A model generated the notes under the pieces. That model was not told the DNA's origin, ran no database searches, and saw only the letters and a program-made list of their open reading frames with translations. A DNA stretch of 64,000 nt from the NCBI RefSeq assembly GCF_001194135.2, contig NC_068981.1:140709514-140773513 (forward strand), given 5' to 3'. Positions 40,014 through 53,885 of this stretch are shown here, piece by piece. The number at the start of each line of letters is the position of its first letter. Position 1 is the stretch's first letter. The position numbers and the translations under genes were made by a program. The DNA comes from Octopus bimaculoides (taxonomy: Eukaryota).

Positions 40014-40207
40014 GTTATAACAATACAAATATAAATCACGGACAACACGTAACAAACAATATCACTTCTCAATGATTTCTACGAATGTCTTCACAAAGTA
40101 CCTGAGCACACGATATTGTTCTCTCACTGACAGTGTGCATGCGCCTTTATACGGTTTAGGACAGTTGACTTGCTATCCCACAGGGGTCTCAGGATTTGAC
40201 CACAACG
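40014..40207 (-). repeat. 5' LTR
   Basis: Direct repeat of 36250-36441; followed on the minus strand by a decayed PBS-like TTTTAAGACAGTGAG and then gag. Confidence 0.85.
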
Positions 40208-40603
40208 TAATATATGTGCACAGACCAACTTTCTATTTCAGATTCTTACACTTTATATTTCATAACAATGCATGGCAATAGCATTATCTATCCCTTACAT
40301 GTCAGTAGGAATATTATCCTCAATAATTTCTTAGTTGTGTAACTCTGTTTATGAAAGTGAATATATTTTCCCACCGTCACACGGCATGAAACACTATCTG
40401 TTCGACATTACATTACATTAGCGAGATAAATAAGAAAGGTGGGAGAAATTTTCTCGCATAGAATTGGCGAATGGTCCTGCATCGTTTAACAGTGGGAGTG
40501 TAGCAGTTCAACAGAATTATTTTATCCCGAATCAAAGTGATATTTGGAGCGATTATCAGCTTGACTTACGTATGTGTGCATGTATGTATGTATTGTGTAT
40601 GTG

Positions 40604-40641
<38 letters not shown>

Positions 40642-40651
40642 NNNNNNNNNN

Positions 40652-40685
<34 letters not shown>

Positions 40686-42399
40686 CCTTTCAATCTGTCT
40701 CTGCATTGTTATCTAGCTCTATATAAATTGATGGTAGGGTCTGCTCAAATATGTGGAGTTTTGTCATGGAGGAAATGCCGGCTGTGTGCTTGCACCATTA
40801 TTTCTGATTCCTTATTATAAATTGCAAAGTAGCTGAGAAATGCACTATATGCTCGCTAGAGATTAATGCTTGCCTTATTGGACCTATCTGGATTAAATTC
40901 TCAAAAAGATACAGTCATATGTCACCGTGCAGAAATAATACATTAAAAAGGTGATATGATGCCAGTTATGCTGGCTAAATGTGCAATGCGTTGAGTCACT
41001 CCAGATGCAAATACTTTAGGTGTGGGGTGCAATGGAATCAGGAGTTATTCAATGTTGAAATGTGGGATATGTGGAAAGAGAGTGTCTGGAATACTTACGA
41101 GGAACTCAACAAGCGTCATTTCACAGCTGGGACTGTCTAAATATGACTCCTTAGGAGGAGACATCAACTGTCCAAAAAAAGTCCTGACTGTTGTGAGTTA
41201 ATATTGCTGAGTCCAAATGTATGAAACAACATGAAGAAATGTTATGGAAAAGAAGACAACTTCATTGCGTACAAAATGAAAAATTTGATTAGCCTACGAT
41301 AAAATTTCAATTATATTTCCTGCTCCGTTTGCGTCGACTAAGTTGGACTATATGCCATATACTGAACAAAGAACCGTTATGTATTCCGTACTGCACTTCC
41401 CTATTAAAAGCATGTCAACCACATCTCTCACCAACCTTTCCTTTTATAAGCAACTCTGACAAATTACCTGTTAACTTTCTAATTCACCTGGCATATCCAA
41501 AAGAATTTCTACAGCTTCCAATACCGATAATTCCAGCAATTCTCTCCGTTCTGAACTTTAATATTGACTTTAATTATGGAAATTACGTACAATCATCGCA
41601 TTGTATTGTACCAGAGACACTTCTTCTCCATCAAATTTTGAAATCAATAGAAAGTACTAACAGTTTATTAATAGCTGATATAATCACGCTCACGCGGCTG
41701 TTATGGTAAATTAGATTGAACAAATAAGTCGAATGATTGATAACAAGGTGAAATTGGGATGAGATATTAATTAATCATAAACTTTGGAACATGATTCAAT
41801 ATTCAGAATTCTTCTAGCGTAATACTGGAGCAATCTTTGTGAAATTATTGTATGAATATTCTGGGTAGTTTTGAGTTCCAATATCGTGTAAGCTATTTTC
41901 TGATATTCATAAGAGGGTTAAATATAAGTTTTTATATACATTTATGGAGACGTCAGTTTAAGGCAATTCTAGATTGAACAAATATAACAAGCTTGTTCAA
42001 CACTGTGAAGTATCTTAGGAATGTTACAAAAGTTTCACCTCACATACACATAATTTCTTAGGCAAACAGAGTTAACAAATGAATTGGAGCTTCGGCTTAA
42101 AAGTGAAAGCTTGTGACAAAGGGTGCGCCATTGATGCTACTTGAGAACAAGTTAAGTTTAAAATGCTCAAATAAAGAAAGAATTTAATTCCTGGAAGTTA
42201 TGCAGGCGTTGGAAGTTCTTAAGTTCCGTGCGAGATATAGTTCTTCAAGAGAACTTACCGAATACCATTTTGATTCGCTAACGGGTCAGAAGGGCCACCT
42301 CAAGCTCCCGCTTTTAATTTAATTTCTGGTTCTCGTGGTTTTATTATTATAAACGTCATAAAATCCATACACTCGTGCGTATGGGTGTGTCGTTGGTGT

Positions 42400-42630
42400 G
42401 TCGATGTGTGGCTGTGTGGGTGTCCGTGTGTGTCATTCCATCTGTGTGTGCCCCACATTTCTGCTTGACCACCGGTGTTGATCTTTTAGTCCTTGGAATT
42501 TAGAGAGTGAGAAAATGAGATCAATATGATTTAGCAGGCATGAGAAAATGCATACAGCGGACGATTCTTTCGACTAAAATATTCAAGGCGGTGCCCCAGC
42601 ATGGTCGTAGTCTAATGACTGAAATAAGTA
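42400..42630 (+). mobile_element. SINE 3' fragment with tail
   Basis: CTGCTTGACCACCGGTG...TTCGACTAAAATATTCAAGGCGGTGCCCCAGCATGGTCGTAGTCTAATGACTGAAATAAGTA, matching tails at 50902-50956 and 61315-61372. Confidence 0.7.
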
Positions 42631-42699
42631 TATGAGAAAAGGATAATTTCGATGTTTCGATGTAGAGAACATGTCGAGCATGCTCCATCTCATATGTTT

Positions 42700-43195
42700 A
42701 TAGGCGCAGGCGTAGCTTACTTCCGTATATCCAGAGTTCATCTGTTTTTTTGATTTTGTACGAGACAGACAGGTGTTTTTTTTTTTTTGGCTGTGCGACG
42801 TTTTTCCTCTTGTGATAGAGGGACGTCGAATAACACGTTGTGAAGGCGTGAGTTGTTCTGTTTCGAGTTTTGAAGGCTGCCCCTCCTCGGAGTATATGTC
42901 GTCGTCGGAGGAATTGGTCAATTACTTAAAGAAAATTGATAAGGATATAGAAAAGAAGAATTATCCAGCGGCGGCGAGAGAAGAAGGAATTTAAGAAGTA
43001 AACCAGGCAGAGCTGAGCAGGTTCAAGGAAATGCTTGAAAGAAAGGGGAACGACGTGAAAATATTCCCCCCGCAAAGAAGTGTTAAAGGTGAAGAACGAG
43101 AAAACTGTAACTTATAGAACATACTCGATATCAGCCGGGAAGATTGAAGTCATGTCAACGACACAAGTGGAAAGAGCGTTCCAACCAATTAAAAG
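42700..43195 (+). mobile_element. 5' UTR plus start of ORF1 of a non-LTR retrotransposon (L1/Tx1-like, tentative)
   Basis: GC/T-rich leader, then MSSSEELVNYLKKIDKDIEK...ELSRFKEML...EVLKVKNEKTVTYRTYS...KIEVM, with stops and frameshift, truncated at a microsatellite. Assignment from remembered resemblance. Confidence 0.4.
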
Positions 43196-43344
43196 AATAA
43201 AAGAATATGTGTGTGTGAGTGTATATGTGTGTGTGTGTATATATATGCATTTTTATATACATATGTGTGCATATATATACGTATATATATGTATGCGTAT
43301 GTATACATGTGTGTATGGGTATCTGTATGTCTGTATATATATAT

Positions 43345-43495
43345 ATATATAGTTTTAGGGAAAATAACCAATTTTCAAGAACTCATCGATGAAAATCCAC
43401 TATCACAAATTTAATTTTAATTTTTTATAAATTGATTTTAATTGAGTTTTTTACCTGTAATTTTGGATTCTGTCCCTAATATTATTATATATATA
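43345..43495 (-). repeat. AT-rich repeat, inverted partner of 45587-45665
   Basis: Reverse complement of ~43421-43485 matches TTAGGGACAAAATCCAAAATTACAGGTAAAAAACTCAATTAAAATCAATTTATAAAAAA with about one mismatch. ATATATAGTTTTAGGG is repeated directly at ~43345 and ~45693. Confidence 0.8.
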
Positions 43496-43699
43496 TATAT
43501 ATATATTATTTATATTTATATATCTCAGTCGTCTTGACTACTGTCCCCAACTGTGCTCGCCACAGAGTGCAAACCTAATAGTGGAACTAGAAGCGATGCT
43601 ATGCCACTTCACAAAGAATATAAACTCAGTAAAACACATGGGCTACTGGTAGGGATTGAGGGAACTGCGACTCCACTCCATGAGAGAACTGCGACTCTA

Positions 43700-44123
43700 C
43701 TCCCTGGAGAGCGATATACAGTGTTCTACATGTAGAAAGTAATGGAGAGTCTGGCTCCAAATTTCGGAATTGAAATCTACAACTGGACGGCAATGCAGAG
43801 TACCAAAATTCCCATATTCTCCATAGAGGACACGAACCCAATATTGTAATAGTTTGGAATTCAAGAGACCTCAACTTTTTAAAGTCCTACCATAGAACTT
43901 CCGGGATCTGCAAGCTGTACACATGGAAGTCTTCAAAAAATTTCTAGACAGTTTTCATCTGCGATTCCGGATGAACCTACGTAGCGGCAGGAGGCACAAA
44001 GAAGAGCGGCAACGTTCAACTCTCTACTTCACCAGAAGCAATACTGGGAAAATCACCGGACGCAGTAAAGTCGGCGCACCAGCATGGCCTCAGCCTCTGT
44101 TTGAAACTCATAAAAATAGAAGA
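43700..44123 (+). mobile_element. 3' end of a CR1/L2-type LINE
   Basis: MESLAPNFGIE, GRQCRVPKFP, YCNSLEFKRPQLFKVLP and VFKKFLDSF...PDEPT*RQEAQRRAATFNSLLHQ across frames resemble CR1-clade ORF2 C-termini; then a short tail. Confidence 0.65.
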
Positions 44124-44926
44124 TACAAGTTATATATATATGTGTGTGTGTATGTGTGTGTGTGCGTGTGGGAGTGTTTATTTATGTATATCTCTAACCA
44201 TATGAGTTTAACAAAATATTTCTAAACGTAATGAACGTAAAAATAACATGAGAAGAATCTTGTAGTGGGAAATAATTAAATTGGAAAAGCTGATAGGAAA
44301 TCAAAATAAATCGATAAACAAATAATAGGAAAAGTGCAATGATGCTAGTTATGTAAAGAAGTAATTTAAAGTAAAATTGCATGATGCGAATAAACTTAAA
44401 TAAAGGAAATCACCAGCTAATTAGTGCTACTTCAATTAGTTTGAATAGGGTATAGACCTAAAGTGCTTAATAAAAAGACTGAATACTAAAGTAGTATTCT
44501 AGGGAGCACAGTAAAAATCTATTTATAGGAGCAACATTGTTTATAATTGCAAAAATTCGTAGCATGAATATAAATGATTGAATGGGAGAAGCATAGTAAA
44601 TATTTGGACGATATATGAATTTGGTGTGGAAGTTGAAATTTGTATGCTAAGGTAAATTAATACGGCAAAAGATCGGATTAATTTTCTGATGTGTTGAGAA
44701 TGATTTAGACGCTTTTAATAAGAAATGTTCACGGTTAATCTGCTGATGTGTTTGAATAACTGAGAGATGTGTTGAGTAAATAAGTGAAAAAAATAAATAT
44801 CTCAACGACTGCATGCATAGAATGAATATTATAAGCCGTAACTTCGAAGATTGTCGGAGCCAATCAGACAGAAAATATTTTATTGATATGCCTTCTATAT
44901 AATGGAAGCAATTGTTGCACACACAC

Positions 44927-44964
<38 letters not shown>

Positions 44965-44974
44965 NNNNNNNNNN

Positions 44975-45013
<39 letters not shown>

Positions 45014-45560
45014 CTCACTCTCTCTCTCTTTCTCACACACACACATATCCACTCACTCTCTCTCTCTCCCCCACACACACACGCGCGTACACACACAGAA
45101 TTTCATGCATGAGCAGAAATACAAGTATATGTCGGATCATCACTGAATAAATATAACGAATTCCTTGCTCCCTAATGCACTTAATGCATGTTATGATACA
45201 GAATAGCCATATTTTATAATCGATATTTTTTTCCATTGCTGTTTTCAGCAGTAGAATAAATAGTGAAATAAAATTAAATTAGTCTTGCAGCAACGACTAA
45301 ACTAATGTTTGCTACTAATAAATTTAATACAAATTTATCATCACAGGCATTTCTGTACGTTCGATAAAATTATGGTTACACGTTACAGTTGAATAATAGC
45401 AAAGGTTTGGTACATATTACATAATGAGCGTATTTAGATGTTATATAAATTGTAAAAAAATTCCCTGGATAAATTACACAGATGCAAATACGTACACAAA
45501 CACACATACACACGCACGCACTCACGCACATACAGACACAGAGACACACACCCACACATT

Positions 45561-45586
<26 letters not shown>

Positions 45587-45591
<5 letters not shown>

Positions 45592-45708
45592 ATATTATTA
45601 GGGACAAAATCCAAAATTACAGGTAAAAAACTCAATTAAAATCAATTTATAAAAAATTAAATTGAGCCTTATAGATAAAGTATATATAAAATATATATAG
45701 TTTTAGGG
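45587..45708 (+). repeat. AT-rich repeat, inverted partner of 43345-43495, abutting a gap
   Basis: See 43345-43495. Confidence 0.8.
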
Positions 45709-45893
45709 NNNNNNNNNNNNNNNNNNNNNNNNNNNNNNNNNNNNNNNNNNNNNNNNNNNNNNNNNNNNNNNNNNNNNNNNNNNNNNNNNNNNNNNNNNNN
45801 NNNNNNNNNNNNNNNNNNNNNNNNNNNNNNNNNNNNNNNNNNNNNNNNNNNNNNNNNNNNNNNNNNNNNNNNNNNNNNNNNNNNNNNNNNNNN

Positions 45894-45931
<38 letters not shown>

Positions 45932-46209
45932 TGAAAAAATTGGAATCAACTAGGAGTACGGTTAAATATTTATTTTCAATCACTACAAGTGTTTTCACGC
46001 AACATAGTTCTCCAGGCGTGCAGGTAATTAATTATGCAACCGTTTTCCTGCATTACTAGATCTAGTTGAATTACCTCAGGCGATATGTAAATATAGTCTC
46101 CGTAAATTCAAAATCTCTGGTTCAGTAGAATCCTGTCTGTCTGTTGTGGCCCGGATTTAGAAATAGCCACTGAGTTTATCAAATGTGTGTTGCTGCAGAA
46201 GAACGTGTG

Positions 46210-46870
46210 TATATAATATGTGGTAGAACCACCTTTGGCAGTAATTATAACTTGAATTCTACGAGGTATGGACTCGTATAAAGTCTGAATTGTATCCAAA
46301 GGGATTTTTGTCCATTCTTCATCTAAAATAGTCTCTAGTTATTGTAGTGATGATGGTGGAGGATATCGACTCCTTACTTGTTTTTTCTAAAATGCACATA
46401 AATGTTCAATCATATTGAGATCTGGAGACTGGGGTGGCTAACATCACAAGAATGTTCCTCGTGTCATTCAGTAACAACTTTAGCTATGTGAATTTGATCA
46501 CATAAAATTGTCTTGAGCATTAATTCTGCCATGAAGGGAAACCAATGGGCCGGCAGATTTCCAAGATATAGCCCCCCACCCCCACCCCAGATAATCAGAG
46601 ACCCTCCTCCATGTTTAACAGTTAGAAGAAGGCAGTCTGGGTCAAATACTTCTTTTGGCTGTCTCCACACGTATACTCAGCCGGTGAGCGGAAATAAGGT
46701 AAAGAATGTCTCGTCCGAGAAAATAACATGCTTACACTGCTCTAGGGACCAATTCTGTAGGTTTTTACTGCAGTCTAAACGCTTTGCAACGTTTGTTTTT
46801 GTAAGTAGTGGTTTTCTGATAGCAGTCCTCTCGTGAAATCCGGCTTTGTGCAGCTCCCGGCGAATAGTTT
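46210..46870 (-). mobile_element. Degenerate Tc1 transposase, central and C-terminal part
   Basis: IRRELHKAGFHERTAIRKPLLTKTNVAKRL...VIFSDETFFTLFP; VWRQPKEVFDPDCLLLTVKHGGGSLIIWG; TIQTLYESIPRRIQVIITAKGG. Region of the second catalytic D appears deleted; frameshifted. Confidence 0.9.
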
Positions 46871-47390
46871 TTGTTTGTTTGTTTGCGTGTTTGTTTGTTT
46901 GTTTGCGTGTTTGTTTGTTTGTTTGTTTCTTTCTTTCTTTCTCTCTACCGCTCAACAATCCTCTTTATTTTCCGTTTCTCCCGCTCCTTTACTGTCCCCT
47001 GTCTATCTTTGTCCCACCCCTTACTATAGTTCGTTATTCTCCCTACTCCTCACTCCCTTTGTTTCTTTCCGTCACCCTCTCTCTTGTTTCCCTTCTCCTC
47101 TACCTTTTTGTTCCAACGTGACTACATGCCATTTTTTCTCACCTCTGTTTCTTCTGGACGCGACGCGTACTTAACTAGACGTCATTTCTTCTCACCTCCC
47201 GACATGTTTTCTCTCTCACCCTTCTTTTCTATTATTTTCTCCACTGGTATTTATTCTATATCCTTTCAAAATTTCTCCCAGGCGTTACTTATTACAGCGT
47301 CTCTTGGCCTAACAGCCCTTAATGTTTGTCTTTGTTGATTATTTACCCTGTTCGTTCACCCTGGCGTTGTTTGTCGTTCGTAGCTCTAAC
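46870..47390. repeat. (GTTT)n/(CTTT)n tract followed by pyrimidine-rich low-complexity repeat
   Basis: Seen directly; no coding signal. Confidence 0.6.
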
Positions 47391-47426
47391 TCTCAAGAAA
47401 TTGCACAAATGCACACACACACACAC

Positions 47427-47471
<45 letters not shown>

Positions 47472-47777
47472 ATATACACACACATTCTAAGGGGAAATCC
47501 ATTTAATTTTCGATTGAATCCTCGTTTTAATGACATGACATTAGTGTTATGTGATTTTGCTATTATTCATAGGTATTTAACTGAGATTCCAGGAAAATGG
47601 ACGATAGTAAATCGGAAACCACTTGTATCTGAGGACAAGTAGGGTATCTAATATGAAACTTTAAAACTGCACTCCTGCATTGATGCACATTCTCAGCTTT
47701 TGTAGTTTTTCTGCTAAATACCTAGTAGGTACGAACATCTAAATCTTAGGTAGATATTTGGTGACACACACACACGT

Positions 47778-47810
<33 letters not shown>

Positions 47811-48364
47811 GAGACACACACACACACATTCACATCAACCATGCTCAGTCTATTGAGATGCATAAAACAATGGTAGTACTGGCACAATAGGATTCTATAT
47901 TTGGCTTCTCACAAGCCACATTGAAGAGTCTAAGCATGCCATAAGTGTCTCTATTGAATAATTTTTAAAAGGTGCGAAGTCGCGAAGGTGCACACGCATG
48001 TGTGTGCCTGGGTGTGAGTGTGTGTATGTGTATGTGTATGTGATTGTGTGTATGTGTATGTGTATGTGATTGTGTGTGAATATATCTATGTATATATTCA
48101 TGCATATATGTATATATATGTATATAAGTGTGTGTGTGTTTATATATGTATTTATATGCATATACATTAAGTACACACATGTGCGAACATACATGTATAT
48201 GTGAATAGGTATGGTTGAGTATATATATATATATACACGACTATGTGAAAAGCGCTTCATTTAATATGTGACATTAATAAAAATCTGTAAATGTACAAAC
48301 ATCCAGGTTTCTGAGTACCTTAATTTTTTTTCTATATAATTTCTGTACATCACCTCCAAACCTT

Positions 48365-48409
<45 letters not shown>

Positions 48410-48979
48410 ACGTATGTATGTATGTATGTATGTATATGTGTGGTGCATGTGTGATGTAAGTATACGTGAGTAGAATAGCAGATTTAATTCATACAACTGC
48501 TATAGACGTTGCTTCAACAACAGACTACTATGATCACCCCATCTCGTTCCCAATTCATTGCACCTGCAAATACTCTCGTATTACTGACGAAATATATTTC
48601 TTTCGGGTAGGGTTCCTTAATGTCATCGACAAATATTTGCTTGACAATGCGAGCTTGGATTAACTTTCAAATATACCTACATGCCGTTGTTTTGATGTTC
48701 TATCAACACATACTTCCTGTTAGATAAAAATAGCTATTTAGATGTTTTGGCAGTGATGCTTTCACAGGAAATTCTATTAAATATTTTATATAGACAAACA
48801 ACTATTAGATTCCTCGTGTGCTTACTCAACATATTGGTTATAGCAAACAAACCTCCTTCTAAACCTTTCTTTCAAAATTACACATGAGGTTTATGTATTC
48901 TGGATTAGAGTATGGCTGACAAAAAGGAATATTGTGAGGATAAGTGCAATATTTCAATTAAAGATTTATGCAATCACGC

Positions 48980-49022
48980 TTCATCATCATCATCATCATC
49001 ATTATCATCATCATCATCGTCG

Positions 49023-49065
<43 letters not shown>

Positions 49066-49160
49066 TATCATCATCATCAACATCATCGTCATCATCATCG
49101 TCATCGCCATCGNNNNNNNNNNATCATCTTCATCATCATCACCGTCACCATCATCGCCAC
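48980..49160. repeat. (CAT)n trinucleotide microsatellite with a 10-N gap
   Basis: Seen directly; produces the poly-S/H/I ORFs. Confidence 0.95.
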
Positions 49161-50901
49161 CAATACATTTATCTGCAAGAGATGTTTATGAGGTAGTTTA
49201 GCTTCCTTGAAATAATGAAATCATTGAAATTTCACTCCATTCTCTTGTCCAAACGTATGAGATGAGTTGATGGGTCACTGGCACCTGAAAGGTAAGCATT
49301 TTCATAGTTGGTTTACTCTGATCATAGGCTTACACAGGTAGGATTAGACAAAGGGTTTTGCGAGCAACAGCAACCAATCAATTTTAATCCACTTATAGTT
49401 GAATGATTAACAACCATTTATAAATGTTGCATAATGGCATAGTATTAGTGGAACAAATCCCAAATAGAGAGCAATACATAAAATAATGCATTGTAGAATC
49501 ACTTTTGTCTTCTTTGGCAATTGAAACGCTATATCCTATGTCAATTGCAATCTTAATATTGAGCCAAAATATGTCCAATAATATACTTGCGCCTCTTGTA
49601 CAAGCACAGAAATAAAGGTAGATGTTATAAATATGTCTGAAAAGAAAGGTAGATTAAAAATGTTGATATAACGCCAAGACTCAATTTCCTTTCACGAATG
49701 TAACATAAGCATTACTAAATTGAGATATGCGCAGCTACACAAAAGTGGACATTCGATCTACTATTTCTATCGGCTTAATCTCCGACAAATTAATTTCGGC
49801 CGTCATGTATGGTAAGATACATGAGGTAGTATTATATACCTTAAAAGAATTGAGACTAAAGAATATCAACAATAAATTATTTTCTGAGAAACATTTTACA
49901 TACCCTGTTAAAGCTGATAACTGGTAGCATAAAAAAACCCATCATCTTTTAAAATATTTATCTATAAACATGAAAATATTTCCACCAAAATTCAAATTTA
50001 TGGGAAAATATCTAATGTATATATATTAATCCTAATTCTGCTAGGAAAGTGCGGATATAAGAATAAACTGTAATACAAACAAGAAAAAATTTCACAAAGA
50101 AACAAACTAGGAAATGCAAAAATATGTTACATTTCCTAGCTTTAATATAACATTTTGTATTATTATACCATATAATACAAGAAATTATATTTCATATATT
50201 AGAAAACAAATAGATTATTCTATATTCTCCCCTTGTTTATGTTATACAAAATATCATTATATTTTGACATTATCATAGCAAACTAAGAATTGTAAACAAT
50301 AGAAACAAAAAGGTAATATGTCCTATGCTGAAAAAGCCGAATTACATTTTCCTATAAATTGTATGCTTAAATCGCACAAAAATTAGGTGGAAAATAATTA
50401 TGTTATAATCAAATGCACTTTCTCTAAGTGCCTGGAAAGAAGTAATAACACGATAACTGCGGCATGTGTCCACACTACTACAGCCTAAAGCACAGCTAAA
50501 ATACAAAAAAATATATCAAACTGTTCTGTTGATTGGAAACAGTAACTCTTTGTTGCAATACCTTCTCAGTCAACCTTATACTTTTCAGTCTCTAATACTG
50601 CTGGTCCCTACTAAATAACTTTGCGTCCTCGAACCCACATTAATCAGATACTTCTAGTTTTTCAACTCTCTTTTCCTAAATCATATTGTGTTCTCCATTC
50701 CCAGGCTAGAAACTAACAATCTTTGTGCAGTCACTCCTCAGTGTTAATTTATTTTTTCATGGCTAAATGTTTCGTGGAAGAAACGAGCAGTATCAAAATA
50801 GGAAAGAGGTAGTATCAAATGTTTATATCTGCGTAAAACTTACTTAACTCATCAACAGCGGTAGCTAAGGATATTTATTTTATATTTTATGTTTGATACT
50901 T

Positions 50902-50956
50902 GATGCTCCAGAATAGCCGCAGTCAAATGACTGAAACAAATAAAAGAGTAAAAGAG
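50902..50956 (+). mobile_element. Isolated SINE/LINE 3' tail
   Basis: GATGCTCCAGAATAGCCGCAGTCAAATGACTGAAACAAATAAAAGAGTAAAAGAG; same TAAAAGAG tail as the 15016-15245 copy. Confidence 0.7.
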
Positions 50957-53699
50957 ATGTATTTCTTCAGTTTTTCCACACATAGGACTGCAGTAAATTA
51001 GTCATGATTTTTATTACTAATATCCCATACGCAGATCAGACTTGCCTTAGAGAAATTCAAAAGCCACTTCACGCTTCAAACAAACGAGACAACTATTAAA
51101 GGAAAAGGTATCCCTAATAAAAGATAAAAGTTTCATGAGTTCTCTCACAAACTAATAATTACTTGTTGTCGCAAAAATCGTTAACACAATGCTGACTACC
51201 AATACTAGTGCTACAGGATAACAAACGATGGCTTCTGTTATATTGATGAGAGCAAATGGTATGAAAAAATGACAACTGTCTTGTAACACATTCTACGTGT
51301 TCACTACAGAACATGTGATGACAATAGGTGTAGAAAAATTCGTCAATGCAAAATGTAAGAGAGGAAATGTAACGAAAAAAAAAACCAGAAAACAAATTAG
51401 AAAATAATTAAATACTATTTTAGAAAAGATAATATAAATATGATAATTGAACCAAACACAGACACACGTATACCTATGAATTAATGAAGTAGACAGAAGA
51501 AAACAGACATTAATGAAAAGGTTAAGACGTAATGGGATATATACATTACAGTATTGCTTAAAACCAAGGTAGATGCCAAACATACAGTAACAAACATCAA
51601 TATTTTAGCTGTTTCAGTAATAATATATAATTACAATCTTCCTAACTGGTAGATAATTGAATTCTCAGCGGTACATAAACAAACAAGAAAAATAAGTGAG
51701 TATTTAGAGCACACAAGTCAAAATCCGACCAAAGAAGATTAGACTTGTTTGAAAATTTGGATGTGGTTGTTTGCCATACAGAATCGTGAGTAGTAACGTT
51801 ATGAAGAATTTATTCTCCAAAAAGAAAAATTGTTTGCTTAGCTTAAAAATAAGGTAACCTATGGGTTATATTTCCTACGGAAACAGGGAGAAATATAGGA
51901 TATAATAAACATATAATACAAAAAGAAATACCGTCACAAACAATCAGACATTTACAATCCAATCATAACATATTAAATATAATTACTAAACGTTCCGGTT
52001 AGAATTTGTTGGAAAAATATTATGAAAAGCGTATACCAAGCAGAAGTAGATGAAACGCATGGCACTTCATAGAATTACAAGGTGAAAAGCGAAAGCATCA
52101 AGTTCGTGACTACGACAAAAGGATCAGCTCATTTTCGTAAGAAACTACTAAATTCATAAAGATTAAAACAAAAACTGTATGTGATATGTGGAAGATGTAA
52201 AGAAACAACTGATCAAAAATGGCAGAGACAGATGAAATACCCAAGGAAGAATGATGGTATAACTAGACGTCTAGCAATGTCCGAGAAAATGGTTACACAC
52301 TGAGGCACATTAGTATATACAGGCAAGATTCATAACTGAATTTCAGCATGTATCATCGTCCACGAACCAAATATGTTGTTTAATCAAAGTAACACATCCA
52401 ATATATGATAATACATTACGAAAATACACGAAAAAATTTCAACCGCAAGTATTTGCAAATATATTCAGCTAATATATATCGTGAAAGCGAAAAAAATTCC
52501 ATAAAGGCAAATGCCTTCTGTGTGACTCGAAACAATTTAGATAAATGCATGAAAATATCCGAGAATTTCCAAATCTACACAGCATAGAAATAATAGCATT
52601 ACACAACACGGCATGCAAACTGACTCGAGTACCCCCAAAATAAAGAAAAAAACGAAAACAATGCAGTTAAAAGTGTCCCTCATGTCGATTGAAAATATTT
52701 TAAAAAATAGACAAATGAAATGTTTAAAATATTGCCACATCTCGGAAATAGAAATTTTATTGTGGGACAGTAAATGCTGGATAAATCTATTGACAATATT
52801 TGCAATGATCATAGTAATTATAAGAAGGGAATATGCTGTGTGATAGCTGATATAATCCGTCACGTAACATTGCCATATTCAAAATTAAAACTTGATTAGG
52901 CAACCGCTAAGTTTAGTAGGAGATCAAACAGTACACTGTGTTTTATGCAGGGAGGAAGATAAATAACGAAATCAAAATTTTATAAGTTTGATATAACATT
53001 GACGTGAAGGAGCGAAAAAACGAAATTTGTCTAACATGACAATGTACAATTGGCGAGTAAGCTCTTAGGCACCATGTGACTCTTACAGTTTAGACAGAAA
53101 CATTTTAATCAATCTACAGAGGTTAATGACTCACATGCTGCAGTCCATTCCAGTGATATTCTTCCATTACATATTTTCGTATTTTGGAAATAGTTTTCCT
53201 CTTTAACTTGAACCAGCGTATAAATAAATTCACTGACACAGTGATTGAACTCACACCGACTAGATATTTGCAAATATTTTTCCTTTAGTTACTATGCATT
53301 TGATCCTACACCCATACACACATGCAGAATTTCAACCTGCTTTTAAAGTAATTTGATATAACATACTGTATATAAATTCTTATAATGTGTTGGAGTATTA
53401 TCCATTAGCAATTGTATATATACGTTGGAATATTTTGATATGTTATAGTAGAACATAATTTTATCACAGTATAGCAGAAATTGAATATTGTGTCATGTGT
53501 GCGTCTTTGGCATAATTCACGTTAGATATGATATAGACAGACATAAAGAGTTACACTCTCATACATACACATACTTACATATCTTAATACACAATCAAGT
53601 AGACGTACTGCGTATTTCTTTTATAAACATCTGTATTTGTTACTTCTGCTTTCAAAATTTATTCATTTCAAACTGATGAAATATACATAATATACATAA

Positions 53700-53885
53700 A
53701 TACATACCCACTCACACACACAGACACAGACACACACACACAGACACACAGACACACAGACACACACAGAGACACACACGCATACACACACACACACACA
53801 CATATACATACATACACAACAAAGGCACACACACAACACATGAACGCACACACACACACATACACACACACATACACCCCCCCCC
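53700..53885. repeat. (CA)n/(CACAGA)n microsatellite ending in a C-run
   Basis: Seen directly. Confidence 0.9.

Larger units (their letters stand above)
36250..40207 (-). mobile_element. Ty3/Gypsy LTR retrotransposon, decayed and internally deleted, with both LTRs
   Basis: Direct ~190-bp LTRs, purine tract AAAAAGGGAAGA (minus strand) just before the 3' LTR, and gag-RT-RNaseH-integrase remnants in Gypsy order on the minus strand. Confidence 0.9.

Noticed and set aside
49735-49811. AG...GTAAG-bounded segment reading LHKSGHSIYYFYRLNLRQINFGRHV
   Set aside because: The acceptor lacks a polypyrimidine tract and the peptide is not recognisable.
52000-52400. Possible LINE C-terminal relic
   Set aside because: Only a vague resemblance; no intact motif.
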